A stretch of DNA of 64,000 bases from assembly GCA_046563655.1 (NCBI GenBank), contig CM102285.1, positions 10,974,001 to 11,038,000 of the forward strand. Reading direction: 5' to 3'. Shown here in pieces: positions 27,101 through 41,700 of this stretch. Under the pieces are notes generated by a model. It made no database searches. It was given only the letters and a program-made list of their open reading frames with translations, and was not told the origin of the DNA. The position numbers and the translations under genes are program-made. Position 1 is the stretch's first letter, and the number at the start of each line of letters is the position of its first letter. This stretch comes from Yuukianura sp. NJ FZ-2021. Its lineage: Eukaryota.

Positions 27101-30100
27101 CGAAAACATGCATGAATGAGCCACGTTTCTGACGCTATTTCAAGGGTCCATGAGCCCTCACAAGGTAAATTTATTTTGAAATTGGAAATAATACAATGGG
27201 GTTGGTGGAATATACAGGTGTTGTGGACACATCGGGTGGTCTACAGCTTAAAAGGCAAAGCACAAGAATTGAATCAGGATTCGAAAACTACACGTTAAAA
27301 GGCTTGAAGCTTCAAGATAGAAGATCTTGAAACGAAGCGTCTTTGATCATCAGATCACCAATTCCCTCACTATAATGGATTCCCATTTTTTCTTCAACTT
27401 TAGATGAACAATAGCCTCCTAATAAATTCCTGTCGGCCTTTACTATTCTTCTAACGCTCTGCGCCTCTTCAACCATATAAAAATTGGTGGAAACATTGGA
27501 TAACAATGGTAAGAAGCAAGACTTTACAAGAAGTAGATGCGTTGTAAACCTAACTCACTGCAGGAGGATTGCGCAAAGGCGTTCCCTTGAAAGTGTCCTC
27601 AGACAATGGAGCCCTTGGTGTTAATCAACTTTAGGACTTCGGCTTCAGAGAGCCTCAGCTACAAAGGGCTCCCTAATGATCACCAAAGGTAGTCCTCCGT
27701 TTATTCCACGTTACACAAAAGATCTGATCTGCGTCCTGCGTCGGAAGATGAAAATCGGACTTTCTCTTTCCGTCATCTTCCCATTGTCTTTTTGTCGGCA
27801 AGGAGCTTTGAAGCCGTTCTTTCTACCTTTTCATAATGCATCTCCCTATTCCCATTCTCCGAGCGTAATCTACACCTTAAATCATAGTAGAAGCTTCCCT
27901 AGCACTGGGCCCTTCAGTATGATGATCACGATCATTTATGAAGCCCCATAGGAAGCTTGAAAGGATTCCTAAATCACCCACTGCAGAATGACAGTAAGGC
28001 ATAACATAATTACGGGGTTAGCCAGTACCTCGGAACAGCATAAAAAATGCTGGAACTACTAGGATTTCCACGTGGAAGAGTAGGATCTGACTTTTTTTTT
28101 AACGCAGTAATGTGTGCTATTAGGAGGGACTTGACCATGGGATCTAATAATACCTAAGAGGAGGGAGCCCTTAAGTCCTGGGGAAGAAGTTAACATTACA
28201 AGGAACCACTAATTTGACCAACTGTCGGTGTACTTCTAAAAGAAACTTGAAATGAACCTCAGAATACCTCTTTGGATCAACTACAAAGATCCAGCGGCGG
28301 TACCCCTTTAGTACCCCAAAGGTGCTCTCATCTTCGCTCTCTTCTTTTTTTGTTCAAAAGTTACAACTTACAAAAAACCTAGCCTTACAAAAAGTTAAGG
28401 GCTGAAAAATACTTCTTTTTAAAAGACTAACTTTTTTTGCCGCAAGTGTATTTGGCCTCAAAAAAAACTAAAAACAGTAAATTTTAAGTTACTCACGGCC
28501 ATCACCCTCCAAATTTAGTAATGAAGGTCACCAGCAGCAGAAGCCTTAAGCCGTATCACACCGGCATAGTTTTCACCAAAAGTGAAAGTAATTTTGAAAA
28601 TTTCATCAAAATTTAAGCAGTTGAACATGAACCCCACTCATAAATACCTACTGGATCTGCTAGCAAAAACTCTGGGAATTCAGATCCGACGATGTCTCAA
28701 ATTCTCTGCAATTGAAGTGAAAATACTGAAAATCATTTTGTATTTTTTAGTTCTGCATCCGTTGTCTGATTTAAAATAGACTTTGAAAAATGGATTTCAA
28801 TGCTAATGTCAATTTCAATTGTAATTTTGTTTCAAGTCTTAAATTCGAAACCGAGTGATTGAAGACTTAACAGATCACTATTTTTTACAGTTCAAAAAAG
28901 AGACGTCACTTTTTTAGAGTCTGTGGCTATAGTTAGCAGCTGAAGTTCTCTTTGTGCTACCGATGAAGAGTGCAATTTGACATGTCAGGCTCTACGGAAT
29001 AACGAATTGTCTAAAACCCACTTCACCGTGTCGGCTTCACTTGTTCTAAACAAAGAACTTTTTTGGTTATTCCTTACAATAAAAAATGAATATCCAAAGA
29101 ACGAAACCTACCTCGACCATGTAACTCTCTCAATCTTTTGTCTTCGTCTTTTGAAAAAGTCAAAAAATGCCGACACTGTTCACTTCTACATCTCTCTTTT
29201 TTATGGAACGAAAAAAACAAGAAAAACCTTTCATAAAATTCTATTCACCAAAATTGACAACTTGATGAACATCAGCATTCTACAAAAACGTGTCAATTTC
29301 ATTACGATAAAACCAGAAATGTTCGAAAAGACGCCTTTTTCACGCCTTCTCGCAGAACCAATTTTTGGCACTGGGCCAACTTAAAAACCTAATGAACAGA
29401 AAAGTGTCAAACTGGAAATTCATCTTTAGGAATACGAAAGTGTGAAAATGGGATAAGCGTGAACGCGCAATGGCGCATCCAATGCAAGACTTCCTTTTAC
29501 TCTGCCTGAGCCCATTTATTTAATCTTGAGTGTCAACCACAAGACACTTCCGAATTCCTCATAATTAATTGCTTGGCCAAGGTTCAGAACGACTTTTTCC
29601 CTTAAAAATGTCTAAAATCTCAGTTTGCATTTTAGCTTTGTAGTAAAACTTTAAATTTTAGGTTGAACTTGAACGCAAAGGAAGAGAAAGTTCTACAGTT
29701 TCCTCTTTCCTCTACTAAATTAGTTCTTGGGTGTTGAAATTTATGACCCTGCTGGGTGTCACTAAGAACCAGCTTGGTTTTTAGTAATTCTTCATTTTGA
29801 AAGTCAGCTTAATTACCTACGTTATCTTTTCCTAACTAACTTAACCTTAAATCATCATCTCTAAGCCAAACTCCCGGCCCTGAATTTTCAAAAAATTAAT
29901 AACTTTCAACTTTCACCTGCGAAGTTAAAACGTAAAGTGACGCCCTGGGGAGGAATCGGCACTTCGAAAACTTCAAAAGTTTTTGAAACTTTATGCTGTT
30001 TAAACTATTTGCTGACGAAAGCAAATTCGGAAATTGAGAAGATAAACATAAAATGGAGAGAGATGATGGGGCAGAAAATAGTTTTTGGAAAACATTTTAT

Positions 30101-32730
30101 ACATTTATGAGTTCAGAAAAGCTGCTGATGATCTTCATCCCCCTCCTCTCTGAATCCCTAATCTTCAAAAGATGTTTCATTAGCCAAGAGATGCCCAATT
30201 TACTTCACACCTTTCCAGAATCAAGTCTCACTTTCATCTGATTGCGCAAAGGAAAATGATGGAAGAAATGCCGAAAGGAAATTATCTTGGAAGTTACTCA
30301 ACTCAAATCTAACAGTGCTAAACACAACTTTCCTAACGCCTCGGAAATCTTCCTTCTCTTGATTTCTCACTGTAACCTTCATAATGACTTCTAATGTGCC
30401 TTCGGAACACGTTCTAATGGCTACTTTTACCCTAACATTTCCCAAAGTCTATTCCTTTGACGACTAACCTCAGCCGAAACCTATAGTATTCAATTTAAAT
30501 CTGTTTGGAGATTTGGAAGTCTCCATGGACAGAAGGATTTGGCTTGGAGGCAAAAACTTAATGTTAATGCTGGCGCTGGTTGTTCAAAGACTTTCAAAAT
30601 TTAAAACAAAAACGTTCCGACGAATCAAATTGAAGACTTGGAAAAGGAATCTTCTCGCCTCAGCATTTCCTAGTCTGTAATTTAGGTCCTCTCTGACACA
30701 AGCCGCTTCTTCTTTAATAAGTTTCATGTACTTTATCATTACTTTTCTTCAGTCAAGCTTTGTATAGCAGCGTCAGATTGAAAACCGAAACACTAAATTC
30801 CTCTGGAGAATTAGAGAGCGAAAACTAGTAATTTGTTAGACATGGATCAATAGATCTTTCTACCCAAAAAAAAAATATTATAGAAAAAAGCTGACTTTTT
30901 TCTTGAGATACGAAAGGCAGGCGGAAATGGAAGTTTCAAGAGAAAGTTTTTATCGCGCTTTCTTCAGCAGCAGCGGCACGCAGTGACAGACTCTACGTCA
31001 AAAACTTTCTCCATTTTGATCCCTTGTCGCACTCAAGCGTTTAAGAAATTCCAACACGTTCAGTAAAAGTCTTAAGGGAGTTTTAACCTAAGCTAGGAAA
31101 CCGAGGAACGAACTTTAGCAAGATGGGGTAAGAACAAAACTTAAGGGTGTGACACGGTCGCAAATTAGATTCCGTCACATTTCCGCTTCGAATCTTTGCT
31201 TCTTGGTTGAAGTTAGTCCATGAAAAATTGGACCCAATTTTCCACCTAACCAGACTTTTCTAATGATCCTGCTTCGCTCTAGCCAACCAGTTCCACTGGT
31301 GCCAAAAAATACGTAAAATGAAAAACTTTTGTCCTAAAGAACCCAGAAGATTTTTTTTTCTTGGCGTGACTGGCCTTCTGTAATACTTTAAGTGAAGACT
31401 CGAAGTCTAAAGTAAGTTCAGCACTTTTCCAAAAAACTCAATCTTCCAAGATCTGATTTTTTCCGAGCCGTTTCACTTGACTGACGCCTTCGCCAAATAA
31501 AATTTGAGAAGGTCCACAGGCCAAACGAGACTGAAAAACGACTCTCTGAGGCATAAATGGCATAATGACTTCAGAAACCTCTAAAACTTGACACTTTTTT
31601 GCAACAGTTTAAAAGGCGTCATCCATGCTTAAGTAAGCGAAACTGAAACTTCTGCTTTTTACGGTGCCTCAAAAGCTAAACTTGGACCGTAGACCAACAA
31701 CAACCTTCTTGACGGATGGACCACAACAGAAATACTTTTCAAAAATTTAATTTAGAAATTTGGTTTCAAAGTAACTAAATAAAAACCTAAAAATTATCAA
31801 ATTAAATGAGATTACAAGTACAAATAGTTAGAAATTATTGCCGTGAATTCGAAAGTTCGAATAAAAGAAATGACAAAACCCAAGTCAAATTTCAAACACA
31901 AGTTCCTCCAATCTGTACTTTTTTTTTTGAAAACTTGAAAAATTCCCTTTCGAAATGTTTTAAATGGCACTTTTACAATTCCGAGTTTCTTAAAACAAAC
32001 TGAAAATTCACCAAAAAGATATTTTTTGTAGCCTATTTGGCATTTAGCTTTTCAGCAGTTAATTCTGTCATTCACCAACGGTAAAACGTATTTCGATGGT
32101 TGTCAGACTTTTCCCTGGCATTTCGTGTGCAACTGTCATTCAACAAGCATTTCCTAAAGCGTCAAAAATGTTAGCGTAAAAAGCAAGCAGCACCCAAAGC
32201 AAAGCACTTACTTTCCTTCCCTCTTATTTGTTTTGTCTATGAGGAAAAGGTGTTTACTTTCTTGACATTTTATGACTTGAGTAATTTAGCAACTGGCTTA
32301 TCCAAAAGTCAAAATTCTGAAAACGCACTCCAAAAATATTTTTTCTGGAAAAAAGGAAATACAAGAAGTTGCGTGCGTTTCAGTATTTGAAAATGACAAA
32401 ACTAATCCAAATCGTGAGTAATCAGAGGGGCGTGAACTTTTTTTCTCAAAATTCACCAGCACAAATAAAAAAAAAGTCAAAAAATGAATTCAGATTAGCG
32501 TTAACACTGAAATTTGAAAAGCGAATTTCAAAACTCAGTCTCAGATCCCAAACTCTTGATGTATCTGTACAGCAAAAGAAAAATGTTCACCTAGTTAAGA
32601 AAAAAAAAGTTCCGAGCGGCAGAATGAAACTGCTTCGAATTTTGCGAAATTGGAAAAACTTCCAGAATCTACTAAAGTTTAGCCAAAATTCTTAAATTAT
32701 TAGTCAAAATCAGAAAAAGTTTAAACTTAC

Positions 32731-32767
32731 AGCACGTGTCTTCCGCCTCCAAGCAGATTTTGACTTC
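32731..32767 (-). CDS. nkd: Candidate 37-nt alternative nkd exon (EVKICLEAEDTC)
   Basis: Strong acceptor ttttttctttgattttcag and donor gtaagt flank 37 nt. Read in phase 0 it ends in phase 1, matching nkd exon 16495. Confidence 0.55.
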
Positions 32768-35700
32768 CTGAAAATCAAAGAAAAAACTTTTTTTGAGAAT
32801 TTATTTCCAAATTACACCGAAAATTTATTCATTCTCCAAAGTTTCTTAAGAATGCACAGCTCCCCCTGCTTATCTTATTCCGAATTATTGGCCTTCCAAA
32901 AGTTTATGATGATTGCCTAAACATGTTGATTTTCTTACGAACCCTCAACAGCCTTCAAAAACAAACTTGTAAACTTCTGCGTTCAATTTAAAATGTAAAC
33001 GCGTTCTCCCTTCCTCCATGTATGTTTTGCAATTTAAACCAATGCCAGGAAAGTGTCAAACTTTATTTTCCAGCCTCAGACGGTTACTAGTTTTTCTTGA
33101 CGCAAATAAATGACAAAACTTTTCCTTCCTTTAAATTAGTTTTCTCGAAACTTTTTAAATTTTATGTTCAATTCTTGGAGATTTGCCAAAAAATCACTTT
33201 CACTTGTAACCAGCTCAAAGCTTTCCTCAATCTCACAACTTTAGATTACGTTTTTGTTAATTTGTGCTACTGCGTAGAGACATGCTGTTTTAGGCTAACA
33301 TTTTCAACTGTGTTTAGGTTAGGTTTATGGTCATGGTATGTTTGAGACCAACATTTCATAAATTAGGTTAGGGAAAATCCATTACGTAGCTTTCATGCAT
33401 TACACGTAGCTGAGATGCTGTAATCAATGTACCAACACCTGGAGCATCTTTTCCCAAAGTGTTAGAAACGAACAAGATTTTCGAAAATAAAAAAAAGTGA
33501 TCATCTATCATTTTAATACGATCTTCCTCCTTTTCCAAAGAGCCGAAACACACCTCAATCCTTATTATCAAAAAAGCCGCAAACTGAATCTCTTTGACTT
33601 TTACGCAAAAACCGCACACTTTGGAGATCAAAGCTGAGGTTGCCGAAAGTTTTTACACCACCAGAATCCTTAATAAGTTTCAAAAAGTTACTTTTTTCAT
33701 TTAAGACAAGAAAATTGAAGACTAATTTGTACCTTAATTTCTAAATTCTCAAACTAACATTTAAAAACAAGTTTTGACTAAAAATCTCCACCACCTTTTA
33801 GGATAATCGCTCAAAATCATTATACCGGAAGAATTTTAAAATGAAAGCTCGTTTTTAATTTCTAAAAAAGTGGTTAATCCTGCAGATGAAAAATGAATCT
33901 TTTACAGATCATTAATCTCAGTGAAAAGAGAGTAATCATGGTTTTTGATCATTTTCCAAAATTTGAAACGCTAATTTTATACCATCTCCTCTCCATTGGA
34001 TCCCATCTATCATCAACAACAGATTGCACTCAAGAGGAAGAAGAAGATTCTTCGGATGCCAAAGAAATGTCACTCGACTGACACCCCAGAACATTATTTC
34101 TGTTTAGCTACGCACGAATTCTTTGAATTTTTTATTTGAACAAAACCAATTCCCTGAGAATTTGAAACCTTAGAAAAAAAGTTGAATCCATATGAAATAT
34201 TGTATGTGCCTTTCTGCTCAGCCAAACACAAAATGCGATGATGGCCACTTTCACTATTCGTCTTGGAACCAAAACTTTCGCCCCTTTGAATACCAACGAC
34301 CTTCCCATGCCCAAAACTCCGAATTTTCAATCTGCTAGCTCATGCATAAAATTCACACTTTGCTGGATTTCTGGAGTGGTCATATAAAATATTATCGATC
34401 TCTGGAGAACTCCACTGCGTTTTCCATAAGGCATGCTGAGCTTAGAGTTCGTTCGAAGTAAAAAGTTTCATGAAGCGGAGAAAGTCCAAGTCAAAATCTC
34501 AAAAGGTTAGTCAGATTGGTATGCTTTGAAAAATTGACCTCTGACATGCAACGGAACCAAAAAAGAAAGGCATAACTCAACCCAACTTAGAAACGCAGGA
34601 GAGGTTATGCAAGTTTAATTAAACTTAGTTTATTAAGTGTGAAAGCTGAATGGACTATATGTTTAGTGAAGTGAAGTTTTCCTGATCAAATTCTTGCGTT
34701 TTTGGCAAAAATTCGAAACAAGATCGATGGAGAAACTTTAGAAATTACGAAAACCCTACTCCATTCATTCCTTAGTATGAAGAACTTCCTGACTCCAATC
34801 CCTCTTCAAGTCTGCTCCACATTTTAGAATTCCCTTAAATCAAATTTCATGTCACACTTGAGTAAATCTTCAACCCGTGCCTCCTTGATACCAGGAAACG
34901 AATAGTACCAAGGAAATCCAATTAATCAAATTTCACGGCCAGAAAACATATTTCAAATCATTTTCGTTTCAAAAACTTTCATATTCTAAATGTCAAAATC
35001 TCAAGTTAAAAATGCTCAAGACAAGCAACGCAACGATATTCTTAAGAATAACGTTTCATTGTAAGTTTAAAATTTTAGAGTCACTTTTCCCGTATTTACG
35101 AAAAGAGCAATGAAATAAACAGCCACAAACACAAAGTTTATTAATCCATTTCCTGAAAATTAGGCATGAGTTTTTTATAATTCATGATCTGTAACGATGA
35201 TTGCCAAAATCAAGAGTAATTCTGTCTATGTCTTTTTTCAAACGCCGTCTAATTGCGCCAAAAACTTTCACTTGGGTAACTTTACGTGTATTAAATATTA
35301 AACAGTGTTATGAAGTTATGGGAAGGAAATCAATATGTTCCGTAACTCTTAACGAAGACTAAAAGTCAAATGAAGTCTTTTGAATCGATCCAATTTTATA
35401 GAAATGCGGGCAATCAAGATGATTAAGCTCTCCGTTTTTTACTGCCATTTTTATAGCAACCCTTCCCTTGGCTCCGTGGATTTCAACAATGGATTTCATG
35501 GAGAGAAAAGCATTCACCCATGTTCCATCCTTGATGAAGAAGAAACTGAAGATGACTTCCCTTCACCCATCTCCCTACGGTATCTCCAGCATCATGATGC
35601 TCCTCGACCTCAAGTATTTCTCTACCAAAAAAAGTCGAGGGAGGAAGTCAGCAGAGCAAACAAACGGTTCAAATCCAATACCAAAAGCTAAAAAAAAAGA

Positions 35701-38700
35701 AAGTGGCTTTCCCTACCACCGAAACTGAAATTGGTACCACTTTTCAACTTCTGTTGATCTGTAAATGTGACCCCTACAGTGTCAGTTATGGTCAAAACAC
35801 AGTTGGATCCTTAGTCTGAATTCTTCCAAATGAAAAACAGAAGGGAGTTGATGATGACATAGGTTAGAGTGGAGTGGAGGAATGAAATAAGCTTGAACAA
35901 AAGTTTAGGAATGAATGAAAGCAGGAACTGCTATAACAGCGCCGGTTTATTTTCTAACGTTCTGCTACGCTATTTCCAAGCAACTAAAAGCCGCATGACG
36001 TTAACGAGAAAAAACGAAAAAGGAAGGAAAATCAATCAAAAGATTAGGAGAAAGGAGTCACCACTTTCTCCCTTCCTAAGCCAGAAAACAAATGTGCTAA
36101 CTCAATAATACACTTAAAGTTGTAAGGTTTTGGAACTTTCTTGGAGAAAGTCCAATTGATTTTTGATTTATAACCTCTGGTGAAAGTTGGAAGAAAAAAC
36201 TAAACGAAAGAAGTTGAAACGTTTAGCACCCTAAAAGCGAAAATTATGAGCTGACCGTCCATTTTTCTCTTTCCTGGTATAGGTTAAATGAACTCAAGTA
36301 AAACCATTAGTTACCGTGATTTTACACGTAAGGAAACAGGCGTCAATTTCAAACGCAGTTGAAACTAAACATGTACCCAATGAAATACGTCTTTTACAAC
36401 TGAAAGTCCAGAATTTGTTGATTTCTGAGTCAACATAGTGTTTTCTTTAGAGTCAAATTGAAAATCCAAAGTGAAAGTTCACTTTCCCCTCGTCTGGCCG
36501 TCGGAAGTGAGTCACTGGGGAGTTGTTTATTAAGTCTTGGTAAAGAGTTCTTCACGGAATGGACTTTCTATTTGGTTAGTAACTCTTCGGAAGTGCCTGC
36601 CAAGCGAAGAACAAGAACTAGGGAGAAAAAACTTTTTTCAAAAAAAAATCAGTAAGAAAAGAGTTTCGATCCAAAATTTTGGAACAGTGGCTGGAACACT
36701 ACAACGAAAAATCCTAACTTTCTCTATACCTCGCCCTGCTTTCTCCTCAGCAAAACCAATCTACAGCCATAAAAAGGATTGAAAAGGTGTACGAGACATG
36801 AAACTTAAATGAAGCCTTTGTTGGTTTAAGGAACCTTTACGCTTTTTCAAAGAAAAATTGCCAAAAAAACACAAGCTAATAAAGTTATTTCGAAAGTTAT
36901 CGTAGGTACAAGAGAAGCAGTTGAGATCCTTCGTAATCCACCAAAAATTTTTGTTGCATAAACTAATTCTAGGGTTCTCGAAATCTCACAAGAACTCAGA
37001 ACGCTTAAAATCTCAATCTCCCGTTTCCGTTTTGCTCAAATTTTCGTTCCTGAATAAACTAGTAGAATGAAAAACAAAATTTCAGCACTCCTGCAGATGG
37101 ATTTTCCGTTTGGCCTGATTTCATTGAAGCATAAGAAAACACTTCAACTTCAGCAACCTAGCTTACTCAATTCTACACAATGAGAAAATGGAGAAAAATC
37201 CTCTTAAAAGTGGCAGGAAAAAAGGAAAGATTCTGGTTCTACAGGGAATTGAAATCCGGTCTCGTTGTTTTGAAATGCCTCTTAGCTTTGGTTTCGAATT
37301 GATTGAAAATAAATGTGCTTCTGCAGCTGTCAGGCCCTTGTTCCATCGTCCCAATGGAAATCCAAGATCTCACTATGGTCCATTGTCTTGTCCCTGGCAG
37401 AATCCAAAAGAATGGGCACGTACAGACAGACTCATCATCTCCAGTTTCAATTATTAGAATCAAAACAATGGAAAGTTCTGGATGAGCACATTCTGAACAA
37501 GATGAATATTCCTTCAGGACAAGCTGCCCAAGACTCCAGATTTTAATATTCTAAACAGGAGAGGTTTCCTGTCAAGTGGAAGCTTCAAACTTTTCTTAAT
37601 AGGCACAATCAGAACTTGTGCAGAAAAGCAGAAAATGGGATCCTAAGTGTATAAATATATGAAGGTAAGAGGAGTGCCCAAATCCATTTCAATTTATTTC
37701 AATCACTGTCATCGGGGATTTGGATTTGGACGTGAGAATTCCACACGAAGAAATAAAGGCTAGAGCTTGAAAATGTTCCAAGTTTCTTAGTAAACAGCAA
37801 ATAAAAGCGAGAAAAAAGGAGAATAAGTTGATTCTATTTTGGTGTTAAAAGAAGTTTCACAAATCTCAGTTTGGCACTTTGAGAAGGAAGTGAAAGTGTC
37901 AAGAAAGCTTTCTTGCAAAATTACTTTTGGAACTTGTGGGATCCTAAAGAAGAACTCCTTCCTCATCCATAATTCATGGCAGTTAAATGTGAATTTACGG
38001 TAATGGACTTTTCTTTCCTAGTTTCACAGTTCAAATGTTTTCAAATTTGAAAAACATGAAACATTTGAGTCGCATTTGAAGTCACAACTAAAGTAATACA
38101 CAATTGCAACAATGGTAACATATAACAATTCAACAATTTTGCAGTTGTAAGTCGAGATCAATTTTATATGGAGAGAGTCAATGGCAGACTTCTTACGCAC
38201 AGACTGATCTTATGAAGAGAGTCATTCCCGGCATATTTCGAAATTATTCTTAAAGCTTTCAAATTTATTATGCCCTTTCGCACTTTCAAAAATTCAAAAA
38301 TTCATATTTTCAAAAATGGCAAAAGCAGAATTTTCACGAAAAGGCTATTCCGGAAAAGTGGTGTCCTGGGACCACTTTGGTTTAAAAAAAATCAAAATTA
38401 GAGTTAACCACAAGGACAGAGGATTATGAATTATGGAAAGCAGACTGCACGTGTAGCACCGCAGTTGGAAAGTATTTCACTACAGCTTGTTGTTCCATAC
38501 ACCAAAACAGAATTTGGACATAACGAAGTAGCAAAAGCAGGCATACTTTTAGTACCAAGTTTTCTCCAACCTAACCAAGCCAAGATATCTTTATGTCTTT
38601 TCCTATTCAAATATCCTCTGCCTCGGTACTTTCCTAAAACCACGTCTGGAAGAAATCGACTACATCTTTGCCACCGTCGCCTAGCCTTACAGCTTTGCCT

Positions 38701-41700
38701 TGAGCTTGAAATTCAACAAAAGTTGGAATATCCTTCATTTTTTGTACGTGCATGTTTACTTTCTTTGGTTGGAATTTTCACTTTTCATGGAAGAGAAAGT
38801 GGAAAAGTTGGAAACGGATAACGGATTTTGTTCCATTCTTCATGCAAAAGAATCCAAAGCCAAGGAAGACACAGACAATCCAATTCACACGCTCCGCTGA
38901 CACTTCCCTTCCCAAGTCATGGAGCCATCTTAAACGAATCGTAAATTATTGCATTCAGGAATTTATGAAATTTTGCTTTCACTCTCATAAATACGAATTC
39001 TCGCGAGGAAATCCTCACATCTCCTAGTACGTTGTTGCTAGCCTTGGAATTGCACACAACTACTTCTAGCTCTACAAATAATAAAGTTCAAAATTTCGAA
39101 AATTCAAAATGGGAAACCTTTTCCGAAAAAGTGAAAGTGAAAGTAAGAAAGTATTGTGAACCGAGGAGAACAGAATCCGTATGCATACTAAATGTTTCCA
39201 GCGCCAATTACACTGAAACCAACCTTACCCTCAGTCGAATAATTTGTATTGAAACAGATTGTGAACTTTTTGGAGTGGATCAGAATCTGGAATTGGAAGA
39301 TGCAATTTCCGCAAGTGGATTTGGGTATTGAAGTGGAAGTATCCAGGAAACGAGAGGACTTGGTGGATTTTGAGTAGAATTATGATACTACAGACACAAT
39401 GGATTTGGTTTTAACGTAATGGACTTATTTTCAGAACTTTTTCAAAAAACTTATTTTAGAAAGTCAACAACGAAGAAAAGCCACTTCATTCTCCTGAGCC
39501 AAAAAACTTGAGCTTCCAGTTACTCAAAAAACTGAAGTTGCTTTTTTATGTGATGAGAACTCCATAATCCGATTCTATTGACTTCCAGGAAGTTCCATTT
39601 TCCTAGATTTTTAGGGAAAAACTTCATTTTTCTCCTGTTTCCTATTATATTACATTTTTCCCCCAAAAATAAAAAACTCGACCCGTCAAGCTTTTATGCT
39701 TTTAAGCAAAAGGCTCTTGTTAGTCCTTAAAAAAATCGTAATTGATATTGTGCCAGCCCTGACCGAACCCTAGAGAGTCAAATTACATTATTATTGCGCA
39801 CGCATGCCAAGGGCCCTTATAAACCTTAACAATAGAAAAACTGGACTGACAGACATAACATGAAACCTTGTCCTTAAGAAATTACGCGATTTTCTGTTCT
39901 ATTGTTTTCTTTATCCGCTTAAACCAAGCCTACGATTACACTTTTTGTGGAAAAAAGAAAACACGAAAGGCACGATATGCCAGAAGGGGCAGAAGAGAGT
40001 TCAATTTGAAAAAAAGTGAAGACAGGTCTTAGGTTACATAAAGGGAGTTGCAGAGTCCAGAAAATCGAGGTTTCCAAAAAATAACAATGAAAATCAGTTG
40101 GTGGAATACAGGATACAATAGTAAACGTAAAATTGAATGTGTAGAATTGAAAAAAGAAAGTACAATGGACACAGATGGAAGGATCGGAGGCAGATTGTAC
40201 TTCTCCAATTGAATTCTGGCATTTTCCCATGAGGGAATACAAAATTCAATTTAATTCAATACTTCCAGACGACCAAAGGAACGGTCAATAATAATTTCTA
40301 TCACCAGGAAGGCCTTCCATGACTTTTCAAATTGAATCAAATCTATTGTTAATTTCTTTTTTCAGAATTTAACCAAAAAAGTGGCCGTGGGTGGTAGTTC
40401 TTTTTCACAATTTCATGAAAAGAGCATGACAAATATTGATTTTTGAGGGGGAGATTGAATAAACAGGAAGTTAACACTATTAAATTTTTACAGAAAAAAG
40501 TCATTCCACTTATCATTATTATGGGGTCTTCACGAAAATTGTAAAGAAATCCATAAAAACTTGGAATACTATAAAAAGAACACAATTCAAAAACTGTTCC
40601 ACAGAAATTCTTAAATTTTTGAAAAGCCCAAACTCAAATACGAAGTTTTTGAATTGCTTTTCCTAATTTTTCCACTCCAATGACTATGAATCACGAAATT
40701 TTCACTAAAGGAATGAAAATTTCAAAAAGTCCACAAAAACAGAAAAAGCTTCAAAATTCGTTTTAAATTGCGTTTTAAAATTACAAAAACAAAATTCTCT
40801 GGTTCAAACCAAAATTTTTCAATTTTTTCTCCAGAAAAATGCAAGAGTCATGCTTATTAGTTTGAATTGGAAGGGCGTGTCCAATTTCCAGCAAAAAGGA
40901 AGGGGAAATGCCTTTAATTGTGTCTATTTCTCTTCCGCTGGAACCCACCCTACCAGACTTCGTCTTTTTAACCTTAACCCGTTAACCCTAATGTACCCAG
41001 CAGCCTGGCATGGGGTGGGGATTTATTTAGATGATTTCAAGTGAGAAAATTGGATGATGGGCTGCTGGAGATAGGAAATTGTTGAATTGTTCACAACATG
41101 GAAGGACACACACAGACTCCAACTAAAACTAAGCTTACTCGCAGCATAAACTTTGAAGTGAAAGGCGGACACGTCTGATTATGTGAATGACAAATGGGGC
41201 TTTTGCGTGAGAAAATGGAATTAGAGCAGAAAACCTTCAATTTAATGTTCACTCTTACCCGTAGGAATCAATCCCAATAATTACGGAATCTTTGCCACGC
41301 CCTCCCATTTCACTCTTCCCAAAACAAAACCATTGACAATGGAAACAAAACCACAATTAAAGTTGGTTTAAATTTAAAACCAAAATGAGATTCAACTGAT
41401 TTCACAACTTTTGGTTCCATTTTGACCAAAAACAGAAGTTTTAATGATCCTAATTTCACGCCAGAGTGAATCTGTCGTTAAGTTTGATGATCATCTCAAC
41501 ATTAAACTTTTGATGGAGCCTCATTTCAAAAATGATGAGAAACGATTTAGTTTTTAGTGAACTTAGCATTATGACTAAGGCTTAGAAAAAGCACATTAGC
41601 TAAGCTAAACCAAGTTTTATTTGATTTAAAAAGGGCGTGGCAGCAACTTCCCACGGCGCAGGGAGGGGGTTGCTTTTCCCTCAAAAAAAATTTCAAAAAC